A stretch of 64,000 bases of DNA from Calcarisporiella thermophila CBS 279.70 (lineage: Eukaryota > Fungi > Calcarisporiellomycota), in contig NW_027192197.1 of assembly GCF_041956535.1 (NCBI RefSeq), positions 889,647 through 953,646 of the forward strand. The letters are read 5' to 3'. Position numbers and translations under genes: made by a program. Below the pieces are notes generated by a model. It ran no database searches, was not told where the DNA came from, and saw nothing but the letters and a program-made list of their open reading frames with translations. Shown here piece by piece: positions 49,701-63,800 of the stretch (position 1 is its first letter; the number at the start of each line of letters is the position of its first letter).

Positions 49701-52195
49701 GCAGTACGTGCGTGGGAAGATAAGAGTGTTGAAGGTATTTTTTCATATTCCCTACCGACTTTATTTGAATCCGTATCTCTCTAAATCTCCATTCTCACTA
49801 TTTTAGAGTTAAAACGCAAACGTGAAGAACTCCTCTCAAAACTTAATGAACTAAGCAAATCGAAACGCCGAGGAAATGCCGAAGAGGCATTGCAAAACGA
49901 AATTAATGGATATAGGAGCAGAATAGATTACTCAAGAGAGGATTTGGTATGAATGTCCTCTTTACTTTAGCCCTGTTTTATTTAACATACGGTGCTTATT
50001 GCTGAATTTACCTGCATCTAGGACATAACGCAAAGAAAGCTTGATAGTATTAAAGATGAGCTCAAACACGTTACGGAGGAAATCAAGGAGTTATCTAACC
50101 AACATGCAGAAGTAGGAATCACACTCATACGATGATGCTTTTTTTTTAGTTACAGTAACGTCTTATTATTTAATCCTATAAATTAGGCAAAGTCAAAAGT
50201 TGAAATAATTGAAGAACAGATTCAAACCTTGGAAAGCACCATTCATCAAGTTGAGGATGAAGTGTTCAGCGATTTTTGCAGAAAGATTAATGTTCAAAAT
50301 ATCAGAGAATACGAGGAGTTACAAATTGATGCAGCTAACACACGCGTGCGATATGCAACCCAGCAGTCAAAATTGCAGAATCAGTAAGATTACAAGCAAT
50401 TTTGTCTTTAATGTCGGCTCATTAATTTTTTTTTTCGTGAATAGAATTGATTTTGAAAAACAACAACTCAAAGAAATTGGAGACCGGATTTCCTCATTAA
50501 ATGAGCATTTGACAAAGGACGAGTCTCTACTTGCTGCCTTTGAGAAATCCCGTAACAAGCTTGGGGGGGAGATTGATAAGATTAAGGAAGAGATCAAGGC
50601 TTTACATGATGAGCAGAAGACAATGTCAGACACGCTGGCGGAACTAGCAGTAGAAGTGGAAAATCGTAAAAAAGAGGCGATGGAAGTGAGCAAGGACTTG
50701 GATAAATTAATGAAGGAAGTGGCACGAGCGGTAAATACAAATTGTACCGATTTGTTTTTCCTCGAATTTTCATGTCCTCTCGGCTTTTTACCCTTAGGAA
50801 TCAGTAATTGAGCGACTTAATGCCGAGCGCTTTTCCATTTTCCGTAAATGCAAGCTCGAGGAAATTAAACTGCCGTTAAAGAAGGGAAATCTCGAGGCAA
50901 TATCGATTGAAAGAGCGGAGGTAAGTCATTTGCCTCAGTTTACCGAGTGTAGTCTTTGCTAACCAATGTGTTTAGGCTATTTTCGGAGAGGATGAAGATG
51001 CGATGGAAGTTGATACGGAAGAAAGAGCAGCCGAGGCCCTGGGCTTTGGTGAAATTGAGGTTGATTTCAGCAGATTAGGAGCAGATAAACAGAGGGTTAG
51101 TGAAAAACAAAAATGTTATGCACATCATGTGTATATACTAACCGACCCTTTGCATGTAGGATGATAGAGGTGGAGAGATCGAAATCGAATTCCAGAATAG
51201 GATCAAGAATATCACAACCGAACTAGAGCGAATGGCACCAAATCTAAACGCGAATAATCGGTTGGTACCTTTAACAACTTGGGAAGTTGAATGGGTTGCT
51301 CATGGATTATTTTAATAGGTTGAATGAAGTGGAGAGACGATTAAGAGCCACCAAGGATGACTTTGAAGTAGCCAAACGCCGAGCAACTACTGCGAAAGAA
51401 AAATTTAATGCCATCCGCGATGAACGGTATAGTTTTTCATATTATCTGTCCCCCCTAACCCCTCATGCTTATTCTTATTTGTAACAGCTATCGACTCTTC
51501 TATGATGCTTTCTCCCATATCTCCCAGAAAATCGATCAAATTTACAAGGAGCTGACAAAGAGTAAAGTGTTCCCACTGGGTGGTACTGCCTATTTAAGCT
51601 TAGGTGATAGTGAGGTGAATATAGAGAAATTCAAATGAGGATCTCGTGACCTTTGATGATATTGAATTATTTAATCTTATTTTTTTAAGGAGCCTTACTT
51701 GGATGGAATTAAGTATCATGCAATGCCTCCAATGAAGCGTTTCCGTGATATGGAACAGCTTTCAGGAGGGGAGAAAACCATTGCCGCCCTTGCGCTTTTA
51801 TTTGCATTTCATAGGTAACGTCATGCCATTTACACAACTTTTCATATTCGCTAAAGAGATGCTTTGCAAATTAGCTATAAACCCGCGCCATTCTTTGTGC
51901 TTGATGAGGTAGATGCTGCTTTGGATAATGCTAATGTTGCACGAATCGCGAACTACATACGGAATCAAGCTGGAGAGCAGTATCAATTCATTGTAATATC
52001 ACTCAAAGCCGCATTATACGAAAAAGCAGAGGCACTTGTGGGTATTTATCGAGACCAAGATATAAATAGTAGCAAAACACTATCTCTTAGGGTAAATTAT
52101 TTCTCCCTTAATTTTTTTAAACTGTTCACTCATGACCTCATATTTTTTTTTTTTCCTTTTATTTTTTATAGTTGGATGCATATCCTGATCACTGA
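46748..52195 (+). CDS. SMC1: Cohesin ATPase Smc1 (about 25 introns)
   Basis: [11 protein letters not shown], Walker [34 protein letters not shown], hinge [24 protein letters not shown], Walker [14 protein letters not shown]. Confidence 0.97.
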
Positions 52196-52403
52196 GGGGA
52201 AGAGGAATTTTTGTTTTTTGTATTTCTTAGATCACATTGATAAAAAAAAGAAAATCCAGAAAATAATTTGTTCTATTAGTGCTTTAATGCAAACCCAGAT
52301 TTGGATTTCTACTTCAAGTTAACGTGGCGTTGAGTTTAAAGCCATTATAAGCTACACTTGTTGGGCTCAATTAAATATTTTATTTTTAATTGATAAAATA
52401 AAA

Positions 52404-53749
52404 ATGAATTGCAAGTTCAGGAATTGGAGAACTGGGACGAGAGGTCGTATTCTTTCTTACCTTAAGGACTGGATTCTTGTCATTGTGTTGCTTCTCGGCT
52501 TTTTTGCTATTGAACTTGTAGAGCCTTTTCATCGAGAATTCTCGCTAAAGGATCCCGATTTGATGCATCCTTTTGCTGTCAAAGAGCGTGTAAATCTCGT
52601 TGGACTCATGGTAAAACATTAATTTTGATGATTGTAATAATACTTGTTAATCACTGCATCCTTCTCATTCAGTTGATTTCAATTGTGGCGCCTGTCGTCG
52701 CAATCTTTTTTACCTCTATCGTCATAAGAAGAAGCCTATATGATTTTCATAATGGAGTGCTGGGTAGCTACTGTTGGCTGCTATCTTTATTTCCAACCAA
52801 TCTTACAAATCATTACTTTGTTAGGTCTACTTCTTTGCATCACCATGGTAGTAATGGTAACGGATGTATTAAAGGTCGGATATTATTTTTCCTCGAAAAG
52901 GCAAAAAGAGGGATTCCTTATATCCTTTTCTGTAAAATACCCTTATCAGGTCTCTGTGGGACGACCGCGACCAGACTTCATTGACCGCTGTCAGCCTCTG
53001 CCAGGCTCACAGGACCCCCTGTGGGCCTTATCTAATGCAACTATCTGCACGCAAACGGACTCCTACATTATTCGTGATGGGTACAAGAGCTTTCCTAGTG
53101 GGCATTCATCTTGTATGTATCATAAATCGCACGCTTTTTTTTTATATTGCGCTTCTAATCAACTGTAATCTATACGGTAGTATCATTTGGCGGTTTGACT
53201 TTCTTGTCTCTTTTCATTGCCGGGAAATTGCACGTTTTTGACCAACGTGGCCACACTTTCAAAGGATTTGTTGTTGTTCTTCCAATGATCGGAGCGGCTC
53301 TTGTGGCAATCTCGCGAATTGAAGATTATCGTCATCATCCAACCGATATCATTGCGGGCGCTATAATCGGCGTCTTGGCAGCTTATTTCAGCTATCGACA
53401 ATATTACCCGTCATTGACTTCCCCTGATTGCCACAAACCGTTTTCCCCGAGGCTACGGGACAGCATTCATCCTTTGACAGCTGATTATGATCTGAACGGA
53501 GACGAAACAGATGTGGAGGCAGCGCATCATGAAGAATTACCAAGCTCGTCGATCAGCGACATTTCGCGTCCAATCACCTTTACAGAAGATACACAAGCAC
53601 ATCAAGATTATAGAAAATATGACTCCGGGCACTTAACGATACCGATACGCATTGAAATTCCTCGCTTGCCTGATGAACAATCTTCGGCTGACAAGAGATT
53701 TGAAAAGCTCCCTGCGAGTGATAGTGATAATGAAGAGGGGAGATATTGA
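52404..53749 (+). CDS. PAP2-family lipid phosphate phosphatase (Dpp1/Lpp1-like)
   Basis: Motifs K...GRPRPDFIDRC, SFPSGHSS, SRIEDYRHHPTDII; several TM helices; 4 introns. Confidence 0.92.
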
Positions 53750-53931
53750 TGATATACCGTTGGCGTTTTTGTTTGCTTGCTGCAGTATTTATTTTTATAT
53801 GTTTTCTTAGGCATGTATTCAGTGTAAATATAATATTTTAAGTCTCCCGGCCATAACCAAATTAGGAAATTGTCGTTAAATTAGATCATTAAATCGTGCA
53901 GAGAATCCAGCATATACAACATCAACAAACG

Positions 53932-55350
53932 TCAGAAACCCTGGCGGGCAAGAAAGGAGACTAGTTCTGCGTAGAATTCTTTCTCGTCAAATTTACTCGA
54001 AGTCAACATTCCCATCGAATTTGTAAAATCCCCTAAATAACCATAGAGGTGAGAGGTTTGATTGACAAGAAACTTCATAAAGTCAGAGAAGGCTGGCTTA
54101 CAATGATTGCATTCTAGTGTCCCTAGATATTGTCCCCATTTCGCGCTCTTCGTGCTCACCAGTCCATCATTCTCTCCCTCGTGATTTGTCACTATTGTCC
54201 ACGGAATCCAAAGCGGATGGGCGAAGGGGATATCCTTTGCAGCTGCTCCATATGAATAATAGGCAACGTCTGGTGAATCGTTAATGGTTGGATTAAAATG
54301 CTCTCCGAGAAATTCGGTAGATAGGTTAGAAAATGCTGGGGCATCAAGCATATGGCCAATTTTGTTAATAAGCGGAGTGAAGAGTTCAACCAGTGAAAGG
54401 GAGGTGCCACTACTTGACTCCTTATTTGAACTCGATTCTTTCAATTCTGTTCGGCGGCCCTCATTTTCAGCTACAACTGTCGCCTCATGTCGCTCTCCCG
54501 AATTTAGCTTCACTGCAGCAGAAACACCCGGCGATATCTTTTCGCTCACTTTTTGGGCCGCATTCAATGTTTCAATCACCCCCACTCCGAAATGATCACG
54601 GCACCAGTCCATAAAGGAAGAACCGTGGTGAGGTGTCGAGAGGGTAGTGAGCGATAGAGGGCGATATGCATTGCAAGGAAACCGGGAGATCAGGTATCTG
54701 CAATCTAGCCCGCCCTAATAATAGCATTAATATTGGCTATGGAAGAATAACTAAATAATGAAAGATAAATTACCATTGAATGTGCAATCAAGTTAATCGG
54801 TTGATTCGGTAGTGCTGATTTAATAATACTATCTAATGCAAACGCCCGCTGCTCTATAGAACCAGCTCTAGAAAATATGGCGATATTTCAGCAAATTTAA
54901 AAGTGATTGCCGAGCGATACACAAATAATGATTACCTTGGAACTTTTGTCAAAATAATCTTACATCCCATGTTCCGTAGAAAATCTGGTACTGATCCCCA
55001 GTAGTTAATCCTTATCGCCGTCCCAAACGTAATGGTATCAAACCCAAAAAGGCCTAGAAGAGCAAAGATAAATCTTCCGAAAAAAAAAACATATACCAAA
55101 ATTACAAACCATGACAAAATACTAGTGCATGTCGCGGCGCAATATAGCGTGGTGAGGCAGTCATGCTCAACGCCTCTTTTCTCAGCTCTTCCACCCCTCG
55201 GTTTTTACAAACCCCCTCCTTTTGCGACTGTACATACTTATCCGAACTTTCGGAGATATCATGGCGAAAACGCTGTTTATGTAAGATAGAAAATGGTAGA
55301 TTGAGATTGATTGATGAACGTATATTAGAGATCGATTGTAACGCCAGCAT
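53932..55350 (-). CDS. Alpha/beta-hydrolase lipase, Tgl2-like
   Basis: FCHGLFGFD, LIAHSMGGLDCRYL (nucleophile motif split by an intron), LTTLSTPHHGSSFMDW, ENDGLVSTKSAKWG. Confidence 0.88.
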
Positions 55351-56469
55351 ATTAGCACTTTACGAAGACAAGTGATAAAATGAGAAGATCTGTGAAAACC
55401 GAGTCACATATCGGCGAAAATTCGGCGGGTTGGCTGAGTGAAATTGAAACATATAGGTATATTAACTTATTATTAATAATGTCGTTAACTCTCTCTGTTT
55501 CTTGAGATATCCAGGGAGTTATTTTTCGTATTACACTGCATATGGCCACGATTTACTTGGAGTTTTCATTGTCAAAATATGGGTGGGATGGTTGTGGAAG
55601 TATTGAGTTTAGGTCTGTAACTCTAAACAGGATCCTGCGAAGCAGGATAGCAGAGTAACAATGATATCGCGCCAAACGGAGCGGCATTTGGACCCTTCGA
55701 GATAGGCATGATTCCATGTTGCATTCTAAGCAGTACGTATCATTTATTTATACTATTTGGATTTGCGGTCCAATCGATGTCCACCGACAGGTACTATCAA
55801 CACTACATCACTAATATATACTTACAAAGATATTATGGATCTTATCAAATCTTACCTCCTGCGCTAAGATACCTCGGATTTCAATCAACAGGTAGTGAAG
55901 GGAATACCCCCATGTCTAGGAGAAAATTAGTGTCTTGATGGGTATATTCTGATACGATTTAATGAACAGCTGATGAAATTCGGGATCACCTGAGAAATTA
56001 CTGCGGATAACATCACGCATTTCCGAAAGATATGTAAACTTATCCTTTTTTCCTAACTAGGGGCGTCTTGACAAACCGAGATCCTAAGTGCTTTATCTCA
56101 TTACCAAATCGTCAAGAGTTTAGCCCTAGTGATTATCAAGGGAAAATGAACTTAAAAAACTCCTCATGATAATACCATTCCCTGTGAAATAATATAATTC
56201 GACAATCCAATTTTAATTTTATTTTTCTATCTATTGCCAAACCTTTCTTATCATTTCGAAACCTGGACTGCGCCACATTTTCCCGTGCTTTTTGAGTTTT
56301 CTTGTGAAATTGAAAAATATTTCTTAACAACAAAAAAAAGTTCGTTTTTTCTGGGTGATTATTTTCTCTATTATAATCATATTACTGTTGGGGAATTTTC
56401 TTTTCTGTTTCTTTCTCTTGTTCATCTTGTTCATCACATTCCTATTCCATTTGCTCGCCTACGAAGATT

Positions 56470-57966
56470 ATGGCTGCCAACAGCCTCAATCCGATATCCA
56501 ACACAAGTACGCAGACAGTACTCGAAAAACAGCAAGCCAATGATGTACTGTTACTCGACCCAGATATTCATATTGCAGCACAAGCGCTTGCTAAATTAAA
56601 ACAGCCAAAGGATTCTGGTAGGTCATCTAAGAAATAATTGATCTGGTACTATGATGTATTCCTTGAATTCGCTCACCATTAATACCTTCTAGAATTATCC
56701 GGTACTTCTGAATCAGAAAGCAATCACATTCGCTCGGAGAAACGCCAGGGACACGGAGTTGAATTGAGAAGGAGAAGAGTACTTGATGATACCTCAGCAC
56801 ATCGTAATTATCCATTCTATTCCTTTTAATAAGTTCTTTGTTGGCCTTAATATGACCATCTTTACTTTCATTGTCGTGTAGCATATGCTCCTCACTCTCG
56901 CGCGCTCTCGCCTGCAAGGATTGTCCCCGACCGAACTTCTGTATCTCACCTACGCACTCCGAACGGAGGCCCTTCCACAGAAAACATGAGTAATATTAAC
57001 GTGGCTATTGCTAACAAGCCCGCTCGAAGTCGATGGCAACAGCTCACAGTGGAGGCCGGTGCAGTAGTCGGAGCTGGCGCAGCAGTTGTAAGTGAAGAAG
57101 GCATGAAGCGACTACGTTACTGCCAAGAATGGCTGCAGTATGCTTTGGGACAAGTGGAATATCAAATCGCACTGCTTCATGGATTCCTCGCAACATTGAC
57201 GAGATCCTCTGCTTCATCGGAGGTTGTACAAGCAAATACTAACGCAACCCTGAGAAAAGTGAAGCGCGATGTGGTGCAAGTGTTGCGGAAAGTGGTCGAC
57301 GTTGTCTCGCGATATGCAGGAAGCTTCCTGCCGGAACATGCGAGGCGGAATGTCAGGAGCTTTATTCTTAGCTTACCTTCACGATGGGCACAACTGAACA
57401 CTCTCAACGACCGCTCTGCTACACCATCTCCTGCATCTTCTCCTGTACTACGACCCGTTTCTTCAACTTCCCCCTCTAATGCATCCCACCCAATTCCTCC
57501 TACAGAGGCCGCTCAGCGTGTTCTCAACCTCGCTACTGAATCGGCGGATACATTGCGCTCCATTGCTGGAATATTTTGCGATACAATTGAGCGTGCAGAT
57601 GCTTGGCTTGAACGACTACGTGCAGTGGGCGTGGCTACTAACAGGAAAGACACAAATACCACAATGGAAGTGGAGCCGATGGATAAGATTGATGATGATA
57701 AGCTAGAAGACGAAGGTGTGATCTCTGATGAGGATGAAGAAGAAAGAGAGAATCTTCGAATGCCCATGCCATCCTCTGTGGGTGAACATCAGTTCCAGCG
57801 GATGCGAACAGATTCGGAAGGAGGCATATCCTATTCTTCAAGTTTTGAGCTGCATTCGACGCAGAAGCAGAACGGTTTTACGTCCCATGCTAACGGATCA
57901 TCTGTAATGCACCAAACTCATCGCCGAAAGCAGAGGAGAAAGGTTTCAAATGAAATTGATACTTAA
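56470..57966 (+). CDS. OPI1: Opi1-family transcriptional regulator (3 exons)
   Basis: DPDIHIAAQALAKL; SRWQQL...SEEGMKRLRYCQEWLQYA; KRDVVQVLRKVVDVVSRYAGSFLPEHARRNVRSFILSLPSRW; RVLNLATES. Confidence 0.87.
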
Positions 57967-58420
57967 AAAAAAATCAATATATAGCATTAGTTTTTATTCT
58001 GTTTTATCCTTTGTATTTTTTTTTTCCTTCATTCTTCTAACTCTTCTATTTTTCTATTTACTTTGTCTTATTTTCTTTTTATTTGTGAAAGGAAATAACA
58101 TTGCTACATTTCCAAATACATGTATGCATCAAGTAAATCAAATAGAAGGAACTGGCTAAAAAATGGCACAAGAATCAAAACATTTCTCCCACTTTAACGG
58201 GCACACAATGTAAATAAATAAAGAAAATAATAATATACATGAAGTGCAGGAACAACAAATAAATAAAGGCTCTGCTCAAGCTCCAACAGGTATAATCCCT
58301 TGAAATAGAGCAGATAAAGGCAACTCTACATGGAACAATTTTAAAACGATGGTTAAAAAGCAAAACCAGGTAAATGTTTGCCCAATGATCTATGAATTAA
58401 AGAAAAATAAAGATCCACCG

Positions 58421-59574
58421 CTATAATGCACTCACAGCTCCCGCAGAATTTGTGGATGCGTTTGAATTCCGCCGCGCAAGGTAAATATTGCTCGTTGGAC
58501 GGCCGCGAAAGATTTCTTCTACTACATCACAAGGCGAAGGCCCCATAGAAGATCCACTAAGAAATAGGGATGGATCAAGTGTAGTGTTGCCGTGTTGAAA
58601 TCTAGATATGAGTGTGCCAGCTTGTGGATGATGGCTGAGTGAAAATTCGTTATTGCTTTTTACATTACGTGCTAAAAATAATGGTCGCAAGATTGGATGA
58701 CAAATTTCCAGTCAGTAAATATATATATGCGTATATTCATAGATCAAAATTCCTTATTACATTTCACTGATATAGAATCAGGGTCTTTGCGAGTTTGCTC
58801 CGCAATGATACTGGTGATACCGCTAAATAGCGGGGAGTTTTTGGATTGTGGCCTGAATTGAAAATAGTATGTAAGCAGAGTTATGAAAACTTGAATGTAT
58901 ATATCACACAATACATACACCATGTAATCTGTGGATCCAGATACCTGCTTTAGTTCAAATCCAAGCTAGCAGGTTACCAATTGGGTTTGTTAAAACTTGA
59001 AGAGAATAGCATAGCTGTAAGAAAAATACCTTAATTGTCGAGTTAAATTTGCTCTCCTGCAAAAGATAACGGCGAACCACATTTCCAGCGTTAACATATT
59101 CCGAAATATTTACTGCTATAGTGCCCACTGTCTCAACCTCTCTCCCGCTGTTCATCTCCTAGTGTAACATAAAAAGAATCATGTTTGGCGTTAGCTTAAT
59201 AATGCTCTTTACCCTTTAAATGGGTACACCAATACCTGCTTAATCGTAAGCCGAAATTCACAAGGCGTTAGCATTCTATCTTTCCCTACAATAAGCTGTA
59301 CGATTGCCTGTGATTTCTGGTTCCATCGCACAGTATGATCTTTAAGAGGTGTTCTGGAATCCAAAAATAAGTTGAGTATACGAGTATATACGATTCCATA
59401 AAAATTATACACAAACCTCTTTGTTACGCCCTGTGCTCCAGAAGATTTTACTTTCCACTTCGCGAAATAGTGGCCTGACACGAGCGGAACGTTTGTGAGT
59501 TCGTAAATATGCAAGTGTAGCTCAAAATCTGCTTTACGATGTTTTGAGATAAAGAGATTACTAAGTGCCGTCAT
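58421..59574 (-). CDS. NT-C2 (EEIG1/EHBP1 N-terminal C2) domain protein
   Basis: FELHLHIYELTNVPLVSGHYFAKWK, DHTVRWN, GTIAVNISEY, RRYLLQESKFNSTIK, DVVEEIF. Confidence 0.85.
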
Positions 59575-60737
59575 ACCAACTAGAATATTGTTGAAAGGGA
59601 AAAACACAAGAGAATTTAAGAGAAGTATATAACGTAGCAAGTAAGTGCGAGCTGGGAAGAAGAGAGGATAATATAAAGTGAGATTCTTGATTGGTGAAAA
59701 AGTAATAAAAGCCTTTATATGAAAATTAATAAAGGAATTCGAAAAGGAAGAACGTGGGGCTTGGAAATAGTCCAAAAGAAAATTATGCTCAAGACTCCGA
59801 TCGAAGTATGCACATAATGTTTGAACAAGGGCATACATTACATCGCTTTGTCTAACGAAAGAAAGTCGATCTTTACATATGAGGAGTTTCACTTGTACTA
59901 TCTGAATTATATAATTCCATCCATTCAAGCCCCATTGTTTTCTATTTCATAGTTAAATATTATTATTTATCAAATGCATGGAACAATATAGCAAAATATC
60001 CAGCCCATATACGTGGTATCTACAAATAAATCAATAAAATATATAATAGAATAAAAAGAAGGATGGCTCCCAGAATGAATTAAGATAAAGAGCTATTCCA
60101 TCAAAAAGATCAGTCTATACCATCCAGTAACGAAGTGTCTTATACATTTCCTCATCTCTATATTCCCCATCGCCGTAACCAGCCAAGGCATTAAAATAGA
60201 AAATATATAAATCACAGTAAGAAAAAAAATTAAACCATAGCCTTTTACGCTGAAATTCCAATATGAACTGGCCTGCAGAAAAGAAACAGAACAGCCTTTA
60301 TCAACACAATCCTATTCTATTCACCTGAAGATGTAGGAGCCAACCAAAAAGAATCATGACCCAATATGCTTCTGCTTTTCAGTAGAATATCGTCCCCCAG
60401 CCTATATCCATAGGTGGCATAAAAGAAACAAAACCGAGAGCAAAGGGTTAAAAAGAAACACTCTCATGGGATGAAAAATCTTAGCTTACCTATAAAATAA
60501 GAATAAAAGCAGAGATGAAATAAGAGAGGATAAGATAAGATGAGGAAAAGAAAGAAAAAAGAAAGGTGAGGAAGGACAGCAAACAACTGAAGGACCGATA
60601 ATAGAGGTCAGATAAGTCAATTGCAATTGCAAGAGATTCAGCCATCCTAGTCTTTGGACTAGAAAATGGCCAAATACAAATGCAAGCGAGCAAAATTGAC
60701 TTAATTCCAGAGGATGGCCCTTGCTACTCACTCAGGG

Positions 60738-60769
60738 ATATAAAATGAATATAAAATGAATATAAAATA
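60738..60769 (+). repeat. Short tandem repeat, about 3 copies of ATATAAAATGA
   Basis: atataaaatga atataaaatga atataaaata read directly. Confidence 0.6.
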
Positions 60770-60852
60770 TGAAAATGAAAAACGTATCAAGAGAAAATAC
60801 GTGGCAGTCCATTTCACTGTTAGCAAGCAGTAGTAGCTATTACACACTTACG

Positions 60853-63800
60853 CTACAGATAACACCGTCGGGAGGAAAATATTGCACATTCTTTAACACT
60901 GATGTTGGAACTAAAATTGAAGAGATACCATAAACATATGTGGTTAATTCAGTTAGCGTCACGATTCAACGAAAAAAAGGTATAAATCAAAATACTCACA
61001 GGAACTTTGATTTGAGGTGATAGGATTTTATTAGCCATATTTTTCAAATGGCTAGCGTGTTTTTGATTTGCAAAAACTGCCTTAGCACTATCCAATTTGA
61101 TGGCACTAATTGCAAAGTATAGTCAGACTGTTTAAAATAGAATTAAATAGTAATATACCAGCTCCATAAGAACTCATCGCTGATGCCCGCTTCGATTGCT
61201 TCCATAAGGGCTTGTCTTACAGCCGACAAATTAGGAGGATCCTGTAAATACAGCTTGGCCAAACTATAACAAACAACCATTAGAGATAATTGCAAGTATG
61301 CTTATTGAATCATAGTAGATTACATCAACTTTAGATCTGCATTGTCTCGCATGCGGTTAGTGACTTCTGCAACAAAGTTTCGACGTTCTTGCGCGTTATC
61401 CGTTAGAGTCGGTATTAAGCACGCCAATATTCGGTTAAACGAATAGTAGTTCTATTGCATATCAAGGGTTGAAAAACTCGTATAAATTGTGGGAAAAAAA
61501 AGAAATTACCTTGGTGGGAATGATTTTAACGAAATCATGAGGGGCGTGTGTATTTTCAATATAAGCATAGGGGGCTTCTAGTTTTTTGTTCAAGAACTCA
61601 TCCACCGTAGAAGCATAAGTTAATGCATCCTCTAACGCCCATGCTCGGGTCGAAGCGACTCTACTGGCAACCTCAATCAGGCTTGCATGTCTACGTAAAC
61701 GTTATTAAGATAAATAAATATTGCTCGTAAACCTTTGTAGCAATCATGAGAATTACGCTAGTATAGCAATGCTAAATGAGTCGTCGCTACGATGGCCAAG
61801 ATCACTTATCGCCTTTCCACATATTGCTAGTGCTTGTTTGTGCACATCACGGAATCCATTAGCTGGTCCAAGTGCTCGCAATGCAAAATAATTAAGCCAA
61901 ACGAATCCAAGAGTGGGCCAAGGCTGTGAATCTCTATCGGGCAAGAATGACACTAAATTTTCGGTTTCGGATCCACCCATCCCGAGAATTCGTTCATAAA
62001 GCTGGACACCCATATTGAATACATCACTGCTAGCCTCTTCTTTCCATTCAAATATTGCACCCATTACATTAACGAGACAGAGGACAAGTTGATCCTTACG
62101 CGTCCTATCGTTATTGCGGGACATCTGCCGCCAGGCAAGTTTAGCGATCATATGCGCAAATGCAAAGCGAGTTGGAACATCCACTGTCTCAATGGCCTCG
62201 CATAGCATTGCAGATGCTCTTTCTAGATTCTCGTACTGCTCTTCGACATGTGACCTCAATAATATAAGCTCAGGAAATTGCGGATGCACCAACTGCGCAG
62301 TGTCAATAATCTCACGCACATCGTCAACGGGTCTCTTACACGAAATAAGGAACTCAATATAATTACGAAGTAGTGCAACATAGCAAGCACGGGCATCCTG
62401 ATCTTCCCCATTTTCCACGAAACCAACCCAAAAACCGATTATCGACAAAAAGAGACTATTTATGGTGTCTTCTACTGCCGGAACGAGTGCTACGGTATTC
62501 CATTGAACAAGGAAGAGTTGGCGTTTAACCATATAGCGATGTGGGTCGGAATGAAACATTTCTGGGGGCAGAGTATTGTGAGCAAGCAAGTGCAAATAGG
62601 CTAGCCAACAGATGGTTAAGTCTAGTGGACGGAGAAGCGCAAAGGAGGCAGTTTCGTCAAGTGATGAATTTAGCTCGTCAAAGGCTGTGTGTTCAGATTC
62701 CTCAGATCTAAGCAATAAATTCTTGTCACTCGTGGATAAGAAATTCCATAGCCGGAATTTTGCTCTAGAAACATCTCTATTATGGAGAGGTACCAGCGTA
62801 AATTGAAGGGCAATATCCAAACAAAGTCTGGACCGAATATTGGGGTCTATATTGAAGAAATAGATAGATTAGTTTAAAAAACTAGAGATATAATCAACGA
62901 TAGTAAATCTACCTGAACTATATGATACCCCGCCAGGCATTAAAAATGATTCAAATATATTCCGTAAGACTGTGTCTCTGGAGCTTTGATATTTCTCCCA
63001 AACGTATTGTTTCCATCGCAATGAGATGCTTGTAGGTGCAATCTGTATTGATTGATCAAAAAGTTTGCGTACGACCTTTTCGCTACTCTGACGTAGGCAA
63101 TGAAGCTCCAAGTAAAAATTCCACAGCCATTCTGATTCTGGATTAATTGTGAGGGCTCGTGATAATACTGCCAAAGCCTTATCAAAGGTCGAATTATTTG
63201 TTTGAGAGGCTACATTCTTAATGTCTGAGAGGCACGACATTGCATATAATATCCACAGTTCAATATCGTGCTTGCGTTGTTTCACCGCCTTCTCATAATC
63301 CTCTTTGGTACCATGTTGAAAATAGCGTGTCTCAAGGAGACTGGAGCTTTCATTTACAGCGAGATAAATTCCACGAACTGTAATGGGATAAAGCAGAGGC
63401 TTGAAAGTTATGGCGGCCGTCGTCGAAGTCTCTGATGCCTCAGGCGTGCTATGTTTATACCATTCGTAATTGCTTTGATTTGGTGCGAGCCTCTGTTCAT
63501 TATTGGATATCGTAATATCAGATGCAGATCCCTCTTTGGCACGCAGAGCGGAAAAATTGGAACAGGGCTTGTTAGCAAGGCATTTCTTACGGTGTTCTAT
63601 GATATGGGTTGCAAGAGAATCGAATGGAGGCATTGGATTGACATGTTTTAGTTCATTAATGGAGTCATATAGGTTTCTGTAGTATTTAGCACGCGCTTCA
63701 GATTCGGATTGGCAACCTGGTATGCGATTTAAGATCTCTTCATCGCAATACTTAGCCAAGTCAAGTAAAATATCTATATCTAATGATTTGAAGTTCAAAT

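Noticed and set aside
60240-60248. GCCTTTTAC, identical to U5 snRNA loop 1
   Set aside because: Flanks do not form the U5 stem and no Sm site follows; on the minus strand it reads as a splice-donor-like gtaaaagg.
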